Assembly: GCA_046726415.1 (NCBI GenBank)
Contig: JBKPAK010000020.1
Location: 1,995-65,994, forward strand
Direction: 5' to 3'
Source of the DNA: Candidatus Methylomirabilota bacterium
Lineage (GTDB): Bacteria > Methylomirabilota > Methylomirabilia > Rokubacteriales > CSP1-6
DNA length: 64,000 nt
Positions 1 through 7,930 of this stretch are shown here, piece after piece. Under the pieces are notes generated by a model. It ran no database searches. It worked only from the letters and a program-made list of their open reading frames with translations, and was not told the origin of the DNA. The translations under genes and the position numbers were made by a program. How positions within the stretch are numbered: the first letter of the stretch is position 1; each line of letters starts with the position of its first letter.

Positions 1-1
1 C

Positions 2-1600
2 GCGGCGGCCCAGAAACCGACGCGGACGCCAATCCTCTCCGGGCCGTTCGCCAAGCTGGATATCAAGGACGCGCAGATCGAGCCCGCGCGGGGCAAGGCC
101 AAGGGTACATTGACCATCGCCCAGCACTTCGCCCTGGACCCCGGATGGCTCGATCCGCTGGAGCACTCGTATGCCCTCACGCAGCAGACGTATGACTACC
201 TGGTCCACGACGCCCTGATCAAGCCCATGCCGCAAGGCGAGGTTACCTACAGCCTGGCCGAGCAGGCGGAGGTGTCGGCGGATTTCCGGAGGGCCGCCTT
301 CCGGCTGCGCCCGGGGCTCAAGTTCCAGGATGGCCATCCGCTCACCACGGCCGACGTGAAGTGGACCTATGAGAACTACAAGGGTGCCTATACCAAGCTC
401 TTCCGCGACAAGCTCGAGAACATCCAGCTCGTTGACGACCGCACCATCGTCTTCCACTTTCGGGAGCCCTTCCTCGAGTTCCTGGACCTCTATAACGGCG
501 GGGTCAGCGGCATCGGGTGGATCGTTCCCCGGCACTACTACGAGAAGGTTGGCCGGGACGGGTTCAAGGCCAAGCCACTCGGCGCGGGTCCGTACAAGTT
601 CGTCAGCCAGGAGGCTGGCGTCCAGATGGTGTTCGAGGCTTGGGAGGAGTACTGGCGGCGCACCCCCGCGACCAAGACCATTGTTGTCAAGGGCATCAGT
701 CAGCTCGCGGCGCGGGTGGCGGGGCTGCAGACCGGCGAGCTGGACCTGGCCTTCGGTATGACGGGGAAGCTCCTGCCCCGGGTGATGGCGGACAAGTCCC
801 TCCGATGGGTCCCCAACTTCACGAGCGTCTGGTGGGTGATGTTCCCCGGGTATAACGAGCCCGACAGTCCCTTCCACGACAAGCGCGTCCGTCAGGCGGT
901 GAGCCTGGCCATCAACCGGCAGTTCCTGGCCAAGCAGGAATCGCAGGACATCGGCATCCCGTGGGGCAACTGGATCAGCCCGGAAAACCGCGACGCCCTG
1001 AAGGGAGATGGGAAGGATCTGCCGGTGCCGGAGTACAACCCAGAGAAGGCGAAACAGGTGCTGGCGCAAACCAAGTTCCCCAACGGCTTCGAGTTCGAGT
1101 GGTTCGTGCCCTTCGTTCCGTACCTAGACATGGGCGAGCGCATCGTCACCGACCTTCGCGCGGTCGGCATTCGCGGCAAGCTCCAGGCGGTGGAGGGGCC
1201 GGCCTTCCGAGCCAAGATCGGTCAGGGCCGCAAGGGATATCAGGGCAACCGGACCATCGTGCAGAACATCGACCCGAGGCCGGGCGGCGCCAAGGCGCCC
1301 ATCAGCGTGTACGCCGTCTGCGGGAGCCCTTCTTCCTTCGTGTGCGAGCCGCACATTGAGGAGCTGTGGACGAAGCACCAGGCGAGCATCAAGCCGGAGG
1401 AGCGGGACCGGCTGATCAAGCAGATCCAGCGGATCCTCATCGAGGAGTATTACTTCGTGCCCATCTACTGGAACCCCTTCGTGCCCGCGGTGGGTCCGCG
1501 AGTGCTCCCAGAGGGCAAGGGGTTCGAGCGCTACTGGGACACCCTGCACGCCCCCTATCCGTGGCCCTGGGAAGTCTGGGAAGTGAAGGCCGATCGCTGA
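2..1600 (+). CDS. ABC transporter substrate-binding protein, family 5 (peptide/nickel/opine type); 5'-partial
   Basis: The frame is open from base 2, with no stop before the TTG at 110 used by the ORF track, so the N-terminus and signal peptide lie upstream of the window. '..KGTLTIAQHFALDPGWLDP' looks like the start of a mature SBP_bac_5-type fold. Length is ~500 aa, and two permease and two ATPase genes follow directly. Confidence 0.85.
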   Translation, partial: AAAQKPTRTPILSGPFAKLDIKDAQIEPARGKAKGTLTIAQHFALDPGWLDPLEHSYALTQQTYDYLVHDALIKPMPQGEVTYSLAEQAEVSADFRRAAFRLRPGLKFQDGHPLTTADVKWTYENYKGAYTKLFRDKLENIQLVDDRTIVFHFREPFLEFLDLYNGGVSGIGWIVPRHYYEKVGRDGFKAKPLGAGPYKFVSQEAGVQMVFEAWEEYWRRTPATKTIVVKGISQLAARVAGLQTGELDLAFGMTGKLLPRVMADKSLRWVPNFTSVWWVMFPGYNEPDSPFHDKRVRQAVSLAINRQFLAKQESQDIGIPWGNWISPENRDALKGDGKDLPVPEYNPEKAKQVLAQTKFPNGFEFEWFVPFVPYLDMGERIVTDLRAVGIRGKLQAVEGPAFRAKIGQGRKGYQGNRTIVQNIDPRPGGAKAPISVYAVCGSPSSFVCEPHIEELWTKHQASIKPEERDRLIKQIQRILIEEYYFVPIYWNPFVPAVGPRVLPEGKGFERYWDTLHAPYPWPWEVWEVKADR

Positions 1601-1610
1601 CGGGGCCGCC

Positions 1611-2585
1611 GTGAGGAAGTACATCCTCGTCCGGGGCGCCTACAGCCTCATCACGCTCTGGCTCCTGGTCACCATCATCTTCGGACTGGTTCGGCTCACC
1701 GGAGACCCAGTCAAGATGAAGGGCGAGACGGGCGCGGATGCGGCTTACCTGCAAGCGCTGAGGAGCCGATGGGGTCTGGACCAGCCCCTCCCTCAGCAGT
1801 ACGCCAGCTTCATCGGGAATCTGCTGCGAGGAGACTTTGGACACTCCTTCGAGAAGTCGCTGCCCGTCCGGGACATCTACTTCGAGCGGTTGCCGAACTC
1901 GCTCAAGCTCGGGTTCGCGGCGTTCGTCATTTCCATCGTCCTGGGCGTGCCGCTCGGGATGCTGTCGGCGTTGAAGGTGAACAGCTGGTGGGACAACTTC
2001 GGCAAGATGTTCGCGCTGCTCGGGCTGTCCTTCCCGGGTTTTTTCGTTGGCCTGGTCCTGATCATCGTTTTCGGGATCGAGCTGGGCTGGCTTCCCGTCC
2101 TGGGTAAGGGCCGCAGCGCCTTCGCCTGGACAGCCCCGTCGACGTGGGTCTCCTTCTGGTTCACGGACTGGCGGTACCTGGCCATGCCCGCCTTTGCCCT
2201 GGGCTGGTATTTCTCCGGAGCGATGCTCCGGATCACCCGCTCCGGCATGCTAGACGTCCTGGGCAGCGACTACATCAAGCTCGTGCGCCTCAAAGGCGTG
2301 CCCGAGCTCATGGTGGTGGCCAAGCACGCGCTGAAGAACTCCATGATCCCCGTGCTGACCCTGGCGGGGTTGAACCTCCTGGTCATGGTGAACGTCGCCG
2401 TGGTGATCGAGGTCATCTTCAACTGGCCGGGGGTCGGCCAGTTGCTCTACGACGGGCTGAGCAACCGCGACTTCCCGATGGTGCAGGGCGTGGTGCTGAT
2501 GTCCGGGGTGATGATCGTGGTGCTGAACTTCGCCATCGACGTCCTTTACGGGTACGTCGATCCACGCATTCGGCTGTCGAGGTAG
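1611..2585 (+). CDS. ABC transporter permease (DppB/OppB-like)
   Basis: 324 aa with several hydrophobic TM stretches. The N-terminal 'YILVRGAYSLITLWLLVTIIF' and 'WGLDQPLPQQY' resemble DppB/OppB-type permeases. GTG start lies 10 nt after the SBP stop. Confidence 0.9.
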   Translation: MRKYILVRGAYSLITLWLLVTIIFGLVRLTGDPVKMKGETGADAAYLQALRSRWGLDQPLPQQYASFIGNLLRGDFGHSFEKSLPVRDIYFERLPNSLKLGFAAFVISIVLGVPLGMLSALKVNSWWDNFGKMFALLGLSFPGFFVGLVLIIVFGIELGWLPVLGKGRSAFAWTAPSTWVSFWFTDWRYLAMPAFALGWYFSGAMLRITRSGMLDVLGSDYIKLVRLKGVPELMVVAKHALKNSMIPVLTLAGLNLLVMVNVAVVIEVIFNWPGVGQLLYDGLSNRDFPMVQGVVLMSGVMIVVLNFAIDVLYGYVDPRIRLSR

Positions 2586-2603
2586 GGACGGGGGGCCGAC
2601 CGC

Positions 2604-3551
2604 ATGGCGACGATCTTGGAACGCGCGCCCTCGATCGACGCGGTTTCGCGGGCGGCCAGGCGCGGCTACAGCCTCGCGCTCGAGATCCCCTCTGTTCCTC
2701 TCGTGATGCTGGCCATCCTGGCTCTCGTCGCCATCTTCGCTCCCCTCCTCGCCCCGCATAGCAAGCTCGATCCGGTCCCGCCGACGCGCGAGCAGTGCCT
2801 GGCGCGATATAGCGCCCCCAGCTGCCCCTACCTCGACAACGTGCCTCCCTTCTGGTCGAGCGCGGGAAACCTCTCCACGCCCCTGGGCACCGACTTCCTG
2901 GGCCGGGACGTGCTGAGCCGGCTCATGTATGGGGCCCGCATCTCCCTCGTGGTGGCCCTGACCGGCACGCTGGTCGCCGGCGCCATCGGAACACTGCTCG
3001 GCGTCCTGGCCGGGTACATGGGGACGTGGTGGGACCAGATCATCATGCGGATTACCGACGCGTGGCTGACTCTGCCCTCCCTCGTCTTCGCGATCTTGTT
3101 GTCGAGCGTGCGCGGCCCCGGCCTGTGGAACATCGTCCTCATCTTGGCCCTGGTGTTCTGGAGCCGGTACGCGCGTGCGGCGCGGGGCGAGGTCCTCGCG
3201 CTGCGAGAGCGCGACTTCGTGAAGCTGGCGGAGATCAATGGCGTCCGGACGCTTCGGATCATTCGCCGGCACCTGCTTCCCAACGTCATGAACACGGTGA
3301 TGGTGGTGTTCAGTCTCCAAGTGGGGGTGGCCGTCATCATCGAGGCGTCCCTCAGCTTCCTGGGCGTCGGGGTTCCCCCGCCCGAACCGTCGTGGGGGCT
3401 CATGATGGCCCAGGAGCGCGAGAGCCTGATGGAAGGGAACGGGTGGCTGGCTGTCTTCCCCGGCATCTGCATCACCATGCTCGTGCTCTCCGCTAACATG
3501 CTGGGCGATTGGCTGCGCGTCCGCCTCGACCCCCGGCTGCGCAATCTATAG
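2604..3551 (+). CDS. ABC transporter permease (DppC/OppC-like)
   Basis: 315 aa. 'PLGTDFLGRDVLSRLMYGARISL' is the typical DppC/OppC motif. Multiple TM stretches, and operon context fits. Confidence 0.9.
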   Translation: MATILERAPSIDAVSRAARRGYSLALEIPSVPLVMLAILALVAIFAPLLAPHSKLDPVPPTREQCLARYSAPSCPYLDNVPPFWSSAGNLSTPLGTDFLGRDVLSRLMYGARISLVVALTGTLVAGAIGTLLGVLAGYMGTWWDQIIMRITDAWLTLPSLVFAILLSSVRGPGLWNIVLILALVFWSRYARAARGEVLALRERDFVKLAEINGVRTLRIIRRHLLPNVMNTVMVVFSLQVGVAVIIEASLSFLGVGVPPPEPSWGLMMAQERESLMEGNGWLAVFPGICITMLVLSANMLGDWLRVRLDPRLRNL

Positions 3552-3565
3552 GTTGCCCTCGCTTT

Positions 3566-4549
3566 GTGACTCCGCTGCTGCGGGTCGACGATCTGCGGGT
3601 CTTCTACTTCGGCTTCCGCGGCACCCGCGTGGTGAAGGCGGTGGACGGGATCAGCTTCAGCCTGCACGCCGGTGAGACACTCGGCCTGGTGGGAGAATCG
3701 GGCTGTGGCAAGACAACGACCTGCCACGCCATCGTGCGCTTGCTCTCTCCCAGCGGTCGCATCCTGGGCGGCCGCATCGTGCTGGAGGGCGAGGACCTTT
3801 TGACCAAGAGCCCGTCGGAGATGCGGGAAGTCCGTGGCCGGCGGATCGCCACGATCCTTCAGGATCCCATGGCCTCCCTGGACCCGCTCTTCTCGATCGA
3901 GAACCAGGTGGCCGAGCCGGCCTATTATCATCGATCGCTGCGTGGACAGAAGCTGCGCCAGCGGGTCCAGGAACTGCTTACCGCGGTGCGCATCCCCTCG
4001 CCGGAGCGGCGGATGAGGGAGTTCCCCCATCAGATGAGCGGCGGCATGCGCCAGCGCATCGTCGGCGCGATTGCCCAGGCGGGGGGGCCTCAAGTCATCA
4101 TTGCCGACGAGCCCACCACCAACCTGGACGTGACTATCCAGCTCCAGTACCTGAATCTGCTCAAGGACCTTCAGCGCGCCACCGGAGTGGCCCTCATCTT
4201 CATCACCCACAATCTCGGCATCGTGGCCAAGATGTGCGACACGGTGGCGGTGATGTATGCGGGCAAGATCGTCGAGATGCAATCGGTGCGCGGCCTCTTC
4301 TACACCCCTCGCCATCCCTACACGCGGGCGCTGCTGGACTCCATGCCGAAGCTGGGCGTCCGGGAGCCGCTCTACGTCATCCCCGGCCAGCCACCGGACC
4401 TCTCGCGTCTGCCCCCCGGCTGTAGCTTCCATCCGCGCTGCGCGAGGGCGATGGAGCGCTGCCGCGCCGAAGAACCACGCGAGGTCAACTTCGGCGACGG
4501 GGCGACCGCGAGGTGCTGGCTGGCCGCCGAAGAGGGCGGGCGTGGGTGA
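3566..4549 (+). CDS. ABC transporter ATP-binding protein (DppD/OppD-like)
   Basis: Walker A 'GESGCGKTT', signature 'MSGGMRQR', Walker B 'IIADEPTT', and an oligopeptide-type C-terminal extension ('HPYTRALL', 'GCSFHPRC'). I trimmed the start from 3509 to the in-frame GTG at 3566 ('VTPLLRVDDLRV') because the earlier part overlaps the permease. Confidence 0.9.
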   Translation: MTPLLRVDDLRVFYFGFRGTRVVKAVDGISFSLHAGETLGLVGESGCGKTTTCHAIVRLLSPSGRILGGRIVLEGEDLLTKSPSEMREVRGRRIATILQDPMASLDPLFSIENQVAEPAYYHRSLRGQKLRQRVQELLTAVRIPSPERRMREFPHQMSGGMRQRIVGAIAQAGGPQVIIADEPTTNLDVTIQLQYLNLLKDLQRATGVALIFITHNLGIVAKMCDTVAVMYAGKIVEMQSVRGLFYTPRHPYTRALLDSMPKLGVREPLYVIPGQPPDLSRLPPGCSFHPRCARAMERCRAEEPREVNFGDGATARCWLAAEEGGRG

Positions 4550-5507
4550 GCCCCTGCTCGAAGTCCGCGACCTCAGAAAGCACTTTCCCGTCGGAGGCTC
4601 CCTGCTCGCCGGTGTGCAGGGCTGGGTCAAGGCGGTCGATGGCATCAGCTTCGCCATTCACGGCGGCGAGACCCTCGGTCTGGTCGGGGAGTCCGGCTGC
4701 GGCAAGACGACCACCTCGAAGCTGATCCTGGCCGCCGAGAAGCCGACCAGCGGCGCCATCGAGTTCGAGGGGCGGAGTATCGCCAGCCTCCACGGCAAGG
4801 AGTTGATGGACTACCGACGCAAGGTGCAGGTCGTCTTCCAGGATCCGTTCAGCTCGCTCAGCCCTCGCATGCGGGTGGGGGAAATCATCGGGGAGCCCAT
4901 CGAGACCCACGAGCGTATCTCCCGGCGCGAGCTGCAGTCGCGCGTCCAACAGCTGTTGGAGCTGGTCGGGCTCCGACCCGACATGGCCCGGCTCTTTCCC
5001 CACGAGTTCAGCGGCGGGCAGCGCCAGCGACTGGCCATTGCTCGAGCCCTCTCCACCAACGCGCGACTCATCGTGCTCGACGAGCCGGTCTCGGCGCTCG
5101 ACGTCTCCATCCGCGCCCACATCATCAGCCTGCTGGAGGAAATCCAGGCCCGGCTCGGCGTGAGCTACCTGTTCATCGCGCACGATCTGGCCGCGGTCGC
5201 GCATCTGAGCCACCAGACGGCCGTGATGTACCTCGGCAAACTCGTCGAGGTCGCCGACAGTTTGCAGCTGTGCGCCACGCCGCTCCACCCCTACACCAAG
5301 GCGCTGTTCGCGGCCTCGCTTCCCTCCCACCCGGATGAGCCGCGAGAGGAGATCGTCCTGGCCGGCGAGGTCCCCAGCGCGCTCAACCCGCCGCGGGGCT
5401 GCCCCTTCCACCCTCGCTGTCCCTTTGTCATGCCGCGCTGTTCGGAGCAAGAGCCCCCGCTGGTCGAGCGGTCACCGGGCCGCTACGTCGCCTGTCATTT
5501 GTATTAG
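4542..5507 (+). CDS. ABC transporter ATP-binding protein (DppF/OppF-like)
   Basis: Walker A 'GESGCGKTT', '[15 protein letters not shown]', '[12 protein letters not shown]', 'HPYTKALF', 'GCPFHPRC'. I trimmed the start to the GTG at 4542 ('[15 protein letters not shown]'), which overlaps the stop of the preceding ATPase gene (4547-4549). Confidence 0.9.
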   Translation: MGEPLLEVRDLRKHFPVGGSLLAGVQGWVKAVDGISFAIHGGETLGLVGESGCGKTTTSKLILAAEKPTSGAIEFEGRSIASLHGKELMDYRRKVQVVFQDPFSSLSPRMRVGEIIGEPIETHERISRRELQSRVQQLLELVGLRPDMARLFPHEFSGGQRQRLAIARALSTNARLIVLDEPVSALDVSIRAHIISLLEEIQARLGVSYLFIAHDLAAVAHLSHQTAVMYLGKLVEVADSLQLCATPLHPYTKALFAASLPSHPDEPREEIVLAGEVPSALNPPRGCPFHPRCPFVMPRCSEQEPPLVERSPGRYVACHLY

Positions 5508-5700
5508 ACGGGGGGCCCCGAACAGGCCCCCCCAAGCCCCCCAACGCTCGGGGCGCCCCGGCGCAGCCGTGACGCCCCTCGATATCGCGCGGGGCTTGGG
5601 AGGCCAACCACGCGCCAGTCGAACGTCCCCGGGCGCCCCGGGGCAGCCGTGGCGCCCCTCGATACTGCGCCAGGTTGGGGCGGCCTGACCCTGGTCCCCA
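5508..5700 (+). repeat. Intergenic repeat element, copy 1: GC hairpin plus ~115-nt conserved tail with its distal part tandemly duplicated
   Basis: The hairpin GGGGGGCC(5510-5517)/GGCCCCCC(5525-5532) starts 3 nt after the TAG stop. It is followed by 'AAGCCCCCCAACGCTCGGGG'. Two 40-nt direct repeats follow at 5551-5590 and 5631-5670, identical at 36/40 positions by hand alignment. The whole element recurs inverted at 21701-21810. Confidence 0.7.
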
Positions 5701-5710
5701 AGTTCGCTCG

Positions 5711-6523
5711 TCAGACCCTCGCCCGCGGACTCTCCCGCAGGGCGCGCTCGAGCTGTTCGAGGCGCGCTCGGCAGTCCTCGATCGATCGCAGAAAACCGTG
5801 GTGTGGCCTGCCGCGGTCGGCCTCCGCCTGCTCCTCCAGCTTGACCGTCTCCAGGTTGTTGATGACGACGGCGATGAAGAGATTGACCACCACGAATACC
5901 CCGATGAACACGAAGCTCGCGCAGTAGATCCATGCCCAGGGATAGGACTCGAGGACACGGTCCTGGATCTCCACCCACCCCTCGAGCGTCAACATCTGGA
6001 ATAGGGTCAACAACGCCATCCCCAGGCGGCCCCAGCGCTCGGGGTCCTGGTCGCGGAACACCGCGACGCCCAGCACGCCGTGCACGTAGAGCAGCAGCCC
6101 CAGCATGATGATCACGTGCCCCATGGAGGGGATCGACCGCAGCATGGTGCTCACGACGAGCCGGAGCTCCGGGAAGACCGAGACCAGTCGCGTGACCCGC
6201 AGCAGTCGCGCGAGCCGCGCCACCATCGCGAAGGTCCCGGACTGAGGAAGGAGCGAGGCGGCCACCACGGCGAAGTCGAACACGTTCCAGCCGTCGGTGA
6301 AGAAGCGCAGGGGGCGCGGCCAGAAGGCCACGAGGCGAATCGCGATCTCGAGCACGAAGAAGGCCTGGATGGCTACGTCGAACCACCGGAACGAGGCCTG
6401 GTAGCGGTCGACCAGGTCGTCGTACGTCTCGAGCCCCACGACCATCGCGGTGAGGAGAATCACCACGAGCACGAAGTTCTGAAAGAGCGGACTCTCGGCA
6501 ATGCGACGGGCGAGTTGCGTCAC
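5711..6523 (-). CDS. Voltage-gated ion channel, bacterial NaChBac/BacNav family
   Basis: 270 aa with six hydrophobic segments. S4 carries Arg at every third residue ('ARLARLLRVTRLVS'). The pore 'LFQMLTLEGWVEI' matches the BacNav 'TLESW' filter except for Ser->Gly. The C-terminal tail is heptad-rich ('LETVKLEEQ...RARLEQLERALRE'). Confidence 0.8.
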   Translation of the reverse strand: MTQLARRIAESPLFQNFVLVVILLTAMVVGLETYDDLVDRYQASFRWFDVAIQAFFVLEIAIRLVAFWPRPLRFFTDGWNVFDFAVVAASLLPQSGTFAMVARLARLLRVTRLVSVFPELRLVVSTMLRSIPSMGHVIIMLGLLLYVHGVLGVAVFRDQDPERWGRLGMALLTLFQMLTLEGWVEIQDRVLESYPWAWIYCASFVFIGVFVVVNLFIAVVINNLETVKLEEQAEADRGRPHHGFLRSIEDCRARLEQLERALRESPRARV

Positions 6524-6576
6524 GAGGGCCTCCTGGGCGACCTGGGATCACTGCGCGATGCCGGGCGGCGCAACCG

Positions 6577-7557
6577 TCACGGGAAGGCGGGCATCACCTC
6601 GCGGGTGAAGAGATCCAGCGAGGCCCGCGCGGCCTCCCGCGGGATGCCAGGTGCCGAGATGCGGCCAATGAAGTGCGTGAGACCGAGGGCCGTCTGGAAG
6701 CGCTGCATCTGGCTGATGCATTCTGTCGGATCGCCCACGATGATGCGATCGTCGCTCAAGCGCTCGATGGTCAGTGGCCCGGCGGGACGCTTGACCACCG
6801 GGTGCGGCCACCGAAAGTAGGTCTCCTCGAAGGACCGGATGAACGCGGCCCCCGCGATGGCGCGCGCGCGTTGGGCGGTGTCGGCCACGAACACGTACCT
6901 CATCAACGCCATGGGGCCGGCCTGGGGATCCTTTCCCGCAACCTTTCGTGCCTCGCGATACAGCCCCGCACAGGCCACGAGCTCGTCGAGCTTGGCGGAG
7001 GGTCCGCCCAGCCACGCGTCACCCAGGCGACCGGCCCGCCGGATGGCCGATTCCACCCAGCCGGCGAACCAGATCGGTGGCCGAGGCTGTTGGAGAGGAC
7101 GCGGTGCCACGGTGGCATTCATCACCCGATAGTACCGGCCATTGTGGGTCACGTTCTCCTCGGACCAGAGCTGGTGGATCAGGGGGACGGCCTCGTCCAT
7201 TCGGCGGCCACGCTCCTTGATCGATACGCCGAACGCGGCGAACTCCTCTGGCGCATACCCGGCGCCCACCCCAAGGATCAGGCGGCCGCCGGAGATCACG
7301 TCCACCATCGCCGCTTCCTCGGCGACGGCCAGTGGGTGGTAGAGAGGGAGAAGGAGCACCGCGGTCCCTAGGCGGAGCCGACGCGTGCGGCTGGCGATGG
7401 CCGCCAACCCGATCAGCGGCGCGGGGTAGAGCGTGGCGCTGTTGTGATGCTCGCCCAGCCACACGGAATCGAACCCGGCGGCCTCGGCCCGTTCGCACTC
7501 CTGAATCGTCTCCTCGAAGTTGCGGCCCACCTGGAGCGGGCTCAGCCCGAGTTTCAT
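6577..7557 (-). CDS. LLM-class flavin/F420-dependent oxidoreductase (luciferase-like monooxygenase family)
   Basis: 'MKLGLSPLQ..AEAAGFDSVWLGEHH', 'LRLGTAVLLLPLYHPLAVAEEAAMVDVISGGRLILGVGAGY'. The start is set at the internal ATG (MKLGLS); the track ORF starts 10 codons upstream at 7587. Confidence 0.85.
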   Translation of the reverse strand: MKLGLSPLQVGRNFEETIQECERAEAAGFDSVWLGEHHNSATLYPAPLIGLAAIASRTRRLRLGTAVLLLPLYHPLAVAEEAAMVDVISGGRLILGVGAGYAPEEFAAFGVSIKERGRRMDEAVPLIHQLWSEENVTHNGRYYRVMNATVAPRPLQQPRPPIWFAGWVESAIRRAGRLGDAWLGGPSAKLDELVACAGLYREARKVAGKDPQAGPMALMRYVFVADTAQRARAIAGAAFIRSFEETYFRWPHPVVKRPAGPLTIERLSDDRIIVGDPTECISQMQRFQTALGLTHFIGRISAPGIPREAARASLDLFTREVMPAFP

Positions 7558-7930
7558 ATGAGGCCTCGTCTTCCGCCGGGCGATCACCTGACCGCGAGCC
7601 CGGCGCTTTGTCGATGTTGTCTTTCACCAACTTGCGCTATTGTTGCCGTCCCGATGATAGCGGATCGCGCGCGCTCGCCCTCGATGGCCGGTCAATGAGA
7701 TGCAAAGCCCGCCCAAGCCCGCGCCCATCGGTGGTCGTGTTTTCGCAGAAGCGTCCGATTCCCATACCATGGCCGCTCATTGATCGCATGGTGATGCCGA
7801 CCAGATTCTGGGCAGTCGGACCCCGGCGGGTGCCGTGATTCCAGCGGTGTCCCTGGCGACGGAAGCTCTCCGGCGTGTCACTAGCCGGTTGCCCGGACTC
7901 GGCGCCGGACTCCGCCGGGCGGCCGTGACA

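Noticed and set aside
2250-4657. Long antisense ORFs (2250-3320 and 2828-4657, minus strand) across the Dpp/Opp operon. Similar cases: 7637-9394 (-), 13992-15728 (+), 16815-18008 (+), 17684-19318 (+), 21662-23032 (-), 47036-48472 (+)
   Set aside because: All are low-complexity, Arg/Pro/Gly/His-rich translations opposite or out of frame to motif-bearing genes. No independent evidence supports them.
5551-5670. Possible CRISPR-like array (two 40-nt direct repeats separated by 40 nt)
   Set aside because: There are only two imperfect copies and no cas genes. The unit is part of a larger element that recurs at 21701-21810, so it is interpreted as a REP/MITE-like repeat.
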